56,239 bases of DNA from Octopus bimaculoides (Eukaryota). Positions 11,294-20,814 of this stretch are shown here, piece by piece. A model generated the notes under the pieces. It saw only the letters and a program-made list of their open reading frames with translations, searched no databases and was not told where the DNA came from. The translations under genes and the position numbers were made by a program. The DNA is taken from NCBI RefSeq assembly GCF_001194135.2, contig NC_068998.1, positions 44,614,853-44,671,091 of the forward strand. The letters run 5' to 3'. The stretch's first letter is position 1, and each line of letters opens with the position of its first letter.

Positions 11294-11682
11294 TGGAGGC
11301 GCAATGGCCCAGTGGTTAGGGCAGCGGACTCGCGGTCATAGAACCGTGGTTTCGATTCCCAGACCGGGCGTTGTGAGTGTTTATTGAGCAAAAACACCTA
11401 AAAGCTCCATGAGGCTCCGGCAGGGGGATGGTGGCAAACCCTGCTGTACTCTTTCACCACAACTTTCTCTCACTCTTACTTCCTGTTTCTGTTGTACCTG
11501 TAATTCAAAGGGCCAGCCTTGTCACACTGTGTCATGCTGAATATCCCCCGAGAACTATGTTAAGGATACACGTGTCTGTGGAGTGCTCAGCCACTTGCAC
11601 GTTAATTTTACAAGCAGGCTGTTCCGTTGATCGGATCAACTGGAACCCTCGACGTCATAAGCGACGGAGTGCCAACAACAAC
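11294..11682 (+). mobile_element. SINE family A, full length, 13-bp TSD
   Basis: Pol III A box TGGCCCAGTGG and B box GGTTTCGATTCC; (AAC)n tail; AGGTCAACCAATG duplicated at 11281-11293 and 11683-11695. Confidence 0.95.
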
Positions 11683-12852
11683 AGGTCAACCAATGCATTG
11701 GTAGCTTGGAACTGTATGGGAGCCCATATCACTCTACCCACTACCACACACACAATATACACACATAACTGCTTTGGCTCGTTTTTCTTTTCTTTTTTTT
11801 TGCATCTTTCTCCACATTGGTGAATCAGCTGTTGCTATTGTTCCTGTTTTCTTCTTCCTTCTCTTCATCCCTTGTTGTATCTTTCTCTCTCCTACAACCA
11901 ATTAAATCATTAGATTTTTAATTAGAATATATTTTCTATCAAGTTTATGGAAAGCAGAAGATTGAACAAAATCAGAGTTTATGAAAAAATGCTTTAAAAA
12001 AAAATACTTACAAAACAAACCAAAATTATAAATTTTCATAGTAGAATAAAAACAACAAAAACAAAAGAGAAAAGGATCACAGAAAACCAAAAACAACAAA
12101 TATTTTAGAGAGAGGAAATATTTATTTCAGAGAATATTGCTTAACATCTTTCATTGCATATTATTGCAATTTATTGCATAATTCAAGATTCTAATCATCG
12201 TGCATCAATAAATTGGTAAATGTGAAGTATTTTGAAGAATTCATTTTTATTAATTTCTTATAAAATGTAAAATTAAAAAAAAATATCTATCAATATCTTC
12301 AATAAAAAAATAGAAAAAGATGGGAAATGAAATGGAGAAGGCTTGATAGGAAAATATTGGTGATAGAGTAAGATTTAAGGAGAAATACATACATATATAT
12401 ATATACATATATATACACATAAACATATGTATATATAAATAAATATATATATGCATATATATTTATATTTATATATGTGTATATTTATATATCTATATGT
12501 ATATACGTATATTTATATATATGTATGTCTATACATATACGTATATTTATATATATGTGTATATATAAATGTAAATATATATATGTATGTATATCCTTAG
12601 ACGTATGTATATATGTGTATCTGTGTGTAAAACAAAGATGAGCTGGGAGAAATAACCCAATGTGCTTTGTAGCATGAATCAGGATGAGAAAAACAAAGAA
12701 TGATATCCTAAATATCATACAAGATAAATTATTGATTTATGCTTTTGAATTGGTTTCACTTAGAAAGTAAACTATCACCTAGTAGCAATTGCATCTGACT
12801 CTGAATAAGAATGGAGGATAATTTCAAACAAACAACATTATGTAAACGTGTA

Positions 12853-12889
<37 letters not shown>

Positions 12890-13235
12890 TCGTTACCAGC
12901 GTCACCTTACTGACACTTGTGCTGGTGGCATGTGAAAACACATTTGAGCAATTTCGTTGCCAATGCCGCTGGACTGGCTCCTGCGTAGGCGGCACCTAAA
13001 AAACATCACTTGAGCATAACCGTTGCCAGTACTGCCTGACTGGCCCTCATGCTAGTGGCACGTAAAATCACCCACTAAACTCTTGGAGTGGTTTGCGTTA
13101 GGAAGGGCATCCAGCTGTAGAAACTCTGCCAGATCAGATTGGAGCCTGGTGCAGCCATCTGGTTCGCCAGTCCTCAGTCAAATCGTCCAACCCATGCTAG
13201 CATGGAAAGCGGATGTTAAACAATGATGATGATGA
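12890..13235 (+). mobile_element. SINE family E with internal ~70-bp repeats and (GAT)n tail
   Basis: About three degenerate units ending ggtggcatgtgaaa/ggcggcacctaaaa/gtggcacgtaaaa; central gcgttaggaagggcatccagctgtagaaac; tail matches 7448-7508 and 19927-20204. Confidence 0.85.
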
Positions 13236-13647
13236 AGGTAAGGATCTCGTGTAAGCTAAATGCTGCTTGCTGAAATAAAACAAAGAACTTGGGTTAGCTA
13301 AGCACACACACATTGCACCGTTTAATGTTATTTCATTAGTTTGGGGTTCGTTATGTTTGTGTCTAAAACTTTCTGTCCATTCTTCCAAGTATTATTGTCA
13401 TAAATGAGGTGTGACACCATGGTTACTGTGTAAACATTTGTTCCGCCAACATTTTCCAAACCAACTAACTATTTACTTAGAAAACTGAAGCTAAATAATC
13501 ATATAATTGTTTAAATAGATAATGAAATTAGGATTATCACATTTTTATCTTTACTCGACAACTGTGATCTTTCCTCAATAGAGTGAATAAAGGAAACAAA
13601 CATCATCTCACTTTTGATATTTCTAACAAAGTTAGTGGCTTGATGTG

Positions 13648-13895
13648 TAGGTCATGTGGCCTAGTGGTTAAAGTGTTGCGCTCAGGATTGCAATATAATG
13701 GTTTCAAACCCTAGATTGGGAGGCGTAGTTTGTTTCTGAATGAGCGAAATACTTCATACACGTTATTTCAGTTTGCTCAGCTGTAAATGAATAACCCTGC
13801 AATTGATGGAGAGGTGTTCTGTTCAAAGAAAATATTGTCATCTTAGTCACATTGACACAATGGACACTAGATAACCTGTCCTATGGGTTTTAAGA
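13648..13895 (+). mobile_element. SINE family B2, degraded
   Basis: gtggcctagtggttaaagtgttg head, CORE-like ttcagtttgctcagctgtaaatga, tail similar to 5130-5375. Confidence 0.65.
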
Positions 13896-13985
13896 CTTGA
13901 GATATTAATATTCAAGGGTTGTTGGTGATGATGATGATGACAATGGCATCAAATAGATGAGTAGGTAATGCACATTTTTTACAAC

Positions 13986-14019
<34 letters not shown>

Positions 14020-14705
14020 NNNNNNNNNNNNNNNNNNNNNNNNNNNNNNNNNNNNNNNNNNNNNNNNNNNNNNNNNNNNNNNNNNNNNNNNNNNNNNNNN
14101 NNNNNNNNNNNNNNNNNNNNNNNNNNNNNNNNNNNNNNNNNNNNNNNNNNNNNNNNNNNNNNNNNNNNNNNNNNNNNNNNNNNNNNNNNNNNNNNNNNNN
14201 NNNNNNNNNNNNNNNNNNNNNNNNNNNNNNNNNNNNNNNNNNNNNNNNNNNNNNNNNNNNNNNNNNNNNNNNNNNNNNNNNNNNNNNNNNNNNNNNNNNN
14301 NNNNNNNNNNNNNNNNNNNNNNNNNNNNNNNNNNNNNNNNNNNNNNNNNNNNNNNNNNNNNNNNNNNNNNNNNNNNNNNNNNNNNNNNNNNNNNNNNNNN
14401 NNNNNNNNNNNNNNNNNNNNNNNNNNNNNNNNNNNNNNNNNNNNNNNNNNNNNNNNNNNNNNNNNNNNNNNNNNNNNNNNNNNNNNNNNNNNNNNNNNNN
14501 NNNNNNNNNNNNNNNNNNNNNNNNNNNNNNNNNNNNNNNNNNNNNNNNNNNNNNNNNNNNNNNNNNNNNNNNNNNNNNNNNNNNNNNNNNNNNNNNNNNN
14601 NNNNNNNNNNNNNNNNNNNNNNNNNNNNNNNNNNNNNNNNNNNNNNNNNNNNNNNNNNNNNNNNNNNNNNNNNNNNNNNNNNNNNNNNNNNNNNNNNNNN
14701 NNNNN
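14020..14705. other. Assembly gap (largest N-run) flanked by (TA)n
   Basis: N-run. Other gaps: 1240-1500, 2988-3106, 4449-4533, 28173-28182, 29934-29996, 36414-36477, 45489-45576, 50308-50317, 51868-51877. Confidence 0.99.
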
Positions 14706-14740
<35 letters not shown>

Positions 14741-14756
14741 TAATTCCTTGAAGACA

Positions 14757-14931
14757 TATGATGTGGTATCAAAGTGTTCCTAGACTAGCTATGTTAAATA
14801 AAAAAAAAAATAACTTATTTCCCAAACATCATCTCTTTTGAAATAGTCACCTTGCACAGCAATATACCAATCCCAGCATTCCTACCACTTTTGGAATCCA
14901 GCCTGGAAGTCGCTTTCTGTAAGTGAGTCGA
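14757..14931 (-). mobile_element. Mariner transposase 3' remnant with adjacent TIR-like end
   Basis: Minus strand DSLTESDFQAGFQKW*ECWDWYIAVQGDYFKRDD resembles the mariner C-terminal F..W..RW..C....GDYFE pattern; TIR-like tatgatgtggtatcaaagtgttcctagact. Confidence 0.8.
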
Positions 14932-15447
14932 TAGATAGATAGATAGATATTTAAATAAGGCATATTACTCAACCTTGTTGCACATTTATGTGCTTACTCC
15001 GGTAGATAGATAGAGAGAGAGAGAGATTGAGAGAGATACATACATACATAGAAAGATATTCAATGTGTATCATATATGTTTTTTATGATAATGTGTAACC
15101 TACTTATCTCTACTTCCCAGTTAGATTTGATCAGTAATCTCATTGGTTATTACATAATAAGGTGTATGTGTGCATACGTATGTATGTTTGTGATTATTTT
15201 GTATATATATGTGTATATATATTGTAAATGTTTTATCAGAGCTGTATGTGGTTTAAAATATTTTTGTGTGCATATGTTTATTTATGCCCAATACTTCCAC
15301 ATCAGTTATGTATGTACATCTGCTTTAAATGTATGTCTTTCAGTATGTATAGCATAGACATGTATGTATATAGCACTTGTATAGCTTATCTATGCTTCAG
15401 AGCATTTATATATGTGTAGAGTAGCCATTGTTAGGTGTCAAAGCATA

Positions 15448-15499
<52 letters not shown>

Positions 15500-15983
15500 A
15501 AATCTCTGGACACATTTACACATCTATGCATGTATAAATGAGATTATGTGCATATATCTACATTTAAATCAGTGTGTGTGTGCGCGCGCGTGCGTGCATG
15601 TTTGTGAACTTGTGATCTACATGTAAGTGTATTTGTAATGCAAAAACTGAGTAAAAGATAACAGAAATATAACAGCTAAGAAATATGATTATATCTTACA
15701 TAAATTGAGATGTATGACTTTAGCGATTGTCTTGTAGGCAGGTGAGTTTAATGTTAATGGAGTCCGAAGGAGCTACACATCATAAGAAGAATTATTAGAA
15801 CCAGCAAGTGACCTTAGGGACCTGGTGCTTTATCAAATTATCTAACTGTAATTCAAAAAACAGTTGGTAGATGTGAGGATGGTCACACAAGCAGAGCAGA
15901 ACATTGAGTTTAACTCTGCCTTCCAAAAAAGGGAAAACAAGCAGTTATGAAGATATTTATTGTTGTTATTACTATGATATCTA

Positions 15984-16192
15984 AGGCAGCAAGCTGGCAG
16001 AATCATTAGCAAGCTGAGCAAAATGCTTAGCAGTATTTTGTCTGCCACTATGTTCTGAGTTCAAATTCCACTGAGGTCAACTTTGTCTTTTATCCTTTCA
16101 GGGTTAAGTTAAGTACCAGTTGAGTACTGGGGTCGATGTGATTGAGTGTCCTACTCCCCACAAAATCCGGGCCTTGTGCAGATAGTACAAAG
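15984..16192 (+). mobile_element. SINE family D
   Basis: gctggcagaatcattagc..aaaatgcttagcagtattt..ttctgagttcaaattcc (B-box-like)..aagtaccagttgag..ggggtcgatg. Confidence 0.85.
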
Positions 16193-16211
16193 GTTTATTG
16201 CTATGGTACCT

Positions 16212-16362
16212 AAGGTGGCATATTGGTAGAATTGTTTGCATGCCAAGCAAAATGCTTAGAAATATTTCATCCATCTTAATGTTCTGAGTTCAAATTCCAC
16301 CAAAGTCAACTTTGCTTTCAATTGACTTAGCCCCTCCCCTGAAATTACTGGCTCTGTGCCAG
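16212..16362 (+). mobile_element. SINE family D, second adjacent copy, internally deleted
   Basis: aaaatgcttag..gttctgagttcaaattccaccaaagtcaactttgc, then directly the tail; 20 bp from the previous copy. Confidence 0.8.
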
Positions 16363-16364
16363 CA

Positions 16365-16425
<61 letters not shown>

Positions 16426-16549
16426 GATTGATCTATTTATCTGCAATGATCAAGAAAATTCCATACTGTAACAGTCCAACAATGTGTAATCCTTTTGCCA
16501 CATATTTTCACCCACAACACTAAACTTGATGATGATGATGCTGATGAAG

Positions 16550-16885
16550 ATGAATGAGGAGGAGAAGAAAAGAAAAGGAAGAGGGGGGAGAAAAAGAAGT
16601 AGAAGAGAAAAAGAAGAGGGGTAGAGGAGGAGGAGAAGAAGAAGTAGAAGAGAAAAAGAAGAGGGAGTAGAGAAGGAGGAGGAGGAGGAGAAGAAGAAGA
16701 AAAAGAAGAAATAAAACCAAGAACTTAGTCTGACAAAAGTTCCCAAAAAGAATAAGAAGAGGGGAAACAGAAGAAAAAGAGGAGGTGGAGGAGGAAGAAG
16801 TAGAAGAGGAAGAGAACAAGAAGAAGGAGGAGGAGAAGAAGAAGAAGAAATAAAATGAAGAACTTAAAGTCTGACAAAGGTTCCC
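16550..16885. repeat. Polypurine (GAA/GAG) tract with internal duplications
   Basis: Nearly all-purine strand; block gaagaaataaaa..aagaactta..gtctgacaaa.gttccc occurs twice (about 16705-16745 and 16845-16885). Confidence 0.9.
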
Positions 16886-17129
16886 AGAAGTGAGAATATT
16901 AAATTTAATATAACACGTACAAGGAAAACCTGATGGATAGCTTTAAATTTAGCCATTAAATGTATATGGGTTTACACAGCTATTTGAACATTGTCCAAAA
17001 CGGTCAGCTGAGACAAACTGTCTGTCTGTTTGTGATAAATTTTCAATGTTGCTATTAAGTTAAAAACACTGACATACTAATTTGATTGAGTGGAGTAAGG
17101 AAAAGGTGGAAGACGAGGTAGAATGAGTT

Positions 17130-17330
17130 ATCATTTAGCCCCAGGTTAGCTTTGGTTCATTTGACCAACGATCAAAGACATTTTTGCCTTAATCATCACA
17201 CCTTTCTTAGGGAGCATCTACAATTATGTTATTCAATGTATTCTTTCATTATTTAATGTGGTAGGGAGTCATTTGAGTGTGTTTCAGATGTTATCTCTCA
17301 TAGTTTGGGCAACAGCATAGAAGCTCCCTT
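17130..17330 (-). mobile_element. Dispersed repeat family G, degraded
   Basis: tttagccccaggttagc..gatcaaagacatt..gtggtaggg..tttgag motif set, similar to 32520-32715, 37850-37990 and 44070-44218; plus-strand pieces at 41225-41320 and 44665-44765. Confidence 0.55.
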
Positions 17331-17991
17331 TTAGAGTTGTTGTAAGAAATTCTGATGAGTTCACATTACAGATATAAAATGAAGACAGAACATTAAAATG
17401 AAGATATAAAAAACAACTGCAGATACAGAAATATCTGATCATTAGTTAAATTAATAATTATGTCTACTGTGGAGGTTTATGTAGAGTAGTTAATTCCTTT
17501 CTTGTCTGTTTGTGTATGTGAGTTTGGGGTTGGTGAATAGTAGTGGTGGTTAACCATGTTATGTTTGTCTACTGATTTACATTTATCTGTTTGTGGTTTC
17601 TTGTGTATTGTGTGTGTGTTTGTGTGTTGTCTCTAAAGCATTGTGTGAGTGTTGCTTCTATATGTGTGTGTGTTCATTCATGAAATCTATTGGTCAGTAT
17701 GTGTGTATTGTTTCTATAGACATGTATGTGTGTTGTGTAACTGTGCATTGTATGTGTGATGTCTCTTTAGCCTGTGTATGTATGCATTGCTCCTATAAGT
17801 ATCTGTGCATATATGTGTGTGCTGTCTGTAAAAGTATGTACATGCTATCTGTGTATGTGTGAGCTGTCTGTGAATGTATGTGTTGTCTGTGTATTTAATT
17901 GATGTCTGTGTACGTGTGTTTCTTATTGGTCATTCTGTCTAGAAGTTAAGACTAAGTTTGAAATTATTTGCTTATTTATCATATTTCCCCA

Positions 17992-18040
<49 letters not shown>

Positions 18041-18319
18041 GCTGTTGTTGTACTAGTAGTTGTTGTTGTCGGCATTCTAGTTAACTACTTTGGTTCAAAA
18101 GTTCAAATTGATAAAACTTGGGCATTTTCATTTATTATAATTTAACAGTTAACAAAGGCTGGAGGAACTTAAGAGAAAGGAATTTCAACTTAAATAGTTT
18201 GAAAGGCTGATCTCAGGGTGCTGACCCTTGCAAAGGAAATGCCAAGGGACCTCAACGAAGGGGCAAAACTCAGTGATAAAGGTACATACAGCCAACCCAT
18301 CAATTATGGTAAATGGACA

Positions 18320-18445
18320 GATGATGATGGTGGTGGTGGTGGTAATGATGGTGGTGGTAATGGTGGTGGTGGTGATGATGATGGTAGTGGTAATGGTGGT
18401 GGTGGTGATGATGATGATGGTAGTGGTAATAGTGGTGGTGGCAGT
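18320..18445. repeat. (GGT)n/(GAT)n trinucleotide tract
   Basis: The source of the Gly/Asp-rich and Val/Met-rich ORFs. Confidence 0.9.
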
Positions 18446-19084
18446 GGAGGCTTCAATATAAGCAGGGTGGTGTATGGTAGGGGTGGAGTGGCAGAGGTAC
18501 TGGCATTGTCAGCATCAGTAATATCCATTTTTTTTTTTTCATGTTTACATAAATAGTGTTGTGTTGTTTGTTTGCTCAATTGATCCAGTAACGTAGCTGA
18601 TGAAGTGAGGCATATTTTTATGGAATTTGTGGGAGGAGGGCTTTTGGGTCTACAGTATAAACTTGTATAGGGGTGTGTATCAAACACAGGGGCTGCTCCA
18701 AGCAATACAGACTCTACTTATGCCACTGATTTTGTCAAGTATCTTAAAGGAAGCGGGATCCTCTTGCTGTCATTAAACCTCACCCTGAAGCCATGCAGTT
18801 TTTATTTTTTTATCTTTTATCTTTTACTTGTTTCAATCATTAGATGACGGCCCAGCTGAGGCATTGCCTTGAGGAATTTTATTCAAACTAATCAACCCCC
18901 AAAATTATTTTATTTTTAAGCCTTGTATCTATATTATTATCCAATAATATAGATAATTATCTATATTATTGGATAATATAGACTTCTATAATGACAAGAT
19001 GGTCATGGTTGGTATGCAAATGATCACAAATCAGCTCAGACCTGACCTAGAGTTAGACAAAAATATCATTACCAATTGTTATTA

Positions 19085-19410
19085 CTACCTCTACAATGTG
19101 AGCTCTTGGCATGCACACAACACAAAGGAGGAGATTTATGTGCACATTCCAATCATTTCTGTTATAATTGCTCAACAAAGAGTAGGTTTCACCAGCCGCT
19201 GTTATCATGCTAAATACCAAATTGTATCAGATGTTATATTTTGGAGATTTTTACTCCTTAATAGTGAACAATGACCATTCAGCTACATTGATGCTATTGG
19301 CAGAGAAACAGGACATAAAATTGAGGACCAGCATATGCTAATTGAGGACAAAGATTTCTGGTTCTATGAGGTAAAGTGCATTTCAGCTACAGCAGCCCAA
19401 AGAAGATTCC
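19085..19410 (+). mobile_element. Decayed RTE-like LINE ORF2 C-terminal fragment
   Basis: One frame reads LYNVSSWHAHNTKEEIYVHIPIISVIIAQQRVGFTSRCYHAKYQIVSDVIFWR..*PFSYIDAIGRETGHKIEDQHMLIEDKDFW, matching the RTE-type pattern SW..H.TNEE.Y..RR.RFAGHC.R....VL.W..RP..TYID...DTG....M.DR..W; the single stop is plausibly CGA>TGA. Confidence 0.75.
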
Positions 19411-19886
19411 TCATAACGATACAGGTGTTCTGGTAGTGCCAATACTATGATTGAATGAAGGGCTACTACTACCACCACTACTACCACCACCACCACTACT
19501 GACACTATCACCTTCAGAAGCAGATCCCAGAAGTCAGTCTTCAGTTTTGGATGAAATTACTTTTGAAATGATTTTCTTATAAATCCTGGTTAAGTTTCTG
19601 TATAGCAACAACATCTCAGCTTTCTTCGTTGCATTAAAACTGTTTAAATTGTTTCCAGGCCATCACTGACAAAGTATCCGAGCTATGGAGAATTATATTG
19701 AATTATATTCAATTTTGCACCTTAACCATTTTGGTAAATTTCTGTTTAAATACACAGCTTTTGTTTTGATTAATTTTTAAAAATAACGAAAAATTTAGTA
19801 AAATAACTTTGTCATTCTTAAACTAGTGTTTGGAACATAAATTATCATGAATTTTTGATGGACAGATTCAATTTAGATTGCTTTAA

Positions 19887-20388
19887 CTCTTTTGCTACCA
19901 TATTTCTGTTGAAATACACCACCTTTCATCATCAACATCATTTAACGTCCATTGTTTACGCTGGCATGGGTTGGACTGTGTGACCAGAGCTGACAAGCTG
20001 GTGAGGGCTACACCAGACTCCAGTCTGATTTGGTATGGTTTCTATGACTGGATGCCCTTCCTAATGCCAACCACTTCACAGAGTGTGCCGGATGCTTTTA
20101 CATAGCACTACAGAGGCGTTTTTACATAGCACTACACAGGCACTTTTACATGTCGCCACACAGAAGAACGACCTCAGGAAGCTGAAACCTTTCAGGCAAG
20201 ATGACACCTTTGTTTTGATGAATTTTGAAGAATTTGACAAAATAACTTTGTCATTTTTAAGCTGATGTATGAAACATAAATTGACATGAAATTTTGGTGG
20301 AAGGTTTTAATTCAAATCACCTTAACATGGGAGGCTTGTGTCATAAAACCAGTGGTGGTCATCTCAGGGTGGTTTGGTATTAAAAGAG
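19887..20388. mobile_element. piggyBac-type MITE (F2-like) interrupted by a SINE
   Basis: TTAA-CTCTTTTGCTACC ... GGTATTAAAAGAG-CTAA (TIRs 11/13); body similar to 44223-44444; a related partial copy lies at 19726-19882. Confidence 0.75.
19927..20204 (-). mobile_element. SINE family E inserted in the MITE, 7-bp TSD
   Basis: catcatcaacatcatttaacgtcc..ggatgcccttcctaatgccaacc; CACCTTT at 19920-19926 and 20205-20211. Confidence 0.85.
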
Positions 20389-20449
20389 CTAAAAACAGAA
20401 ATTGCTGGAAAATTTTTCTCCCTTACTATGTTGTTATATTCTACTATTC

Positions 20450-20712
20450 TTTTATTCCTTTATTTGTTTCATTCTGTTGTCTGTGGCCATCCTGGAGCAC
20501 TGCCTTGAAGGGTTTTAGTGGAACAAATCAACTCCAGGACTTTTTGTTTTTAAAGCCTAGTACTTATTCTATCGCTCTCTTTTGGCAAGTCGCTAAGTCA
20601 CAGGGGACATAAACACACCATTACCTTGTCCAAGGTGTCACATAGTTGGACGGAACCTGGAACCATGTGGTTAGGAAGCCAGCTTCTTACCACACAGCCA
20701 CACCTGTTCCTA
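20450..20712 (-). mobile_element. SINE family C with internal deletion
   Basis: Tail (cctagtacttattctatc) joined directly to the head (ccaaggtgtcac..ggaaccatgtggttaggaagccagcttcttaccacacagcc); middle and microsatellite slot missing. Confidence 0.85.
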
Positions 20713-20774
20713 TACTATACTACAAGTTTATCCACTAACAACAATTGAGTTATATCTAAATACACACAAGTGTG

Positions 20775-20814
<40 letters not shown>

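Noticed and set aside
11294-11370. tRNA-like sequence (also 45592-45665 and 54315-54389)
   Set aside because: A and B boxes are present but there is no acceptor stem or cloverleaf; these are SINE heads continuing into a body and tail with TSDs.
15734-15748. ttgtag|GCAG|gtgagt possible 4-nt microexon
   Set aside because: Short pyrimidine tract and no supporting context; cannot be distinguished from chance.
18218-18556. Gly-rich ORF (MLTLAKEMPRDLNEGAK...GGGG)
   Set aside because: The Gly/Asp run is a (GGT/GAT)n microsatellite; the flanks are not recognisable.
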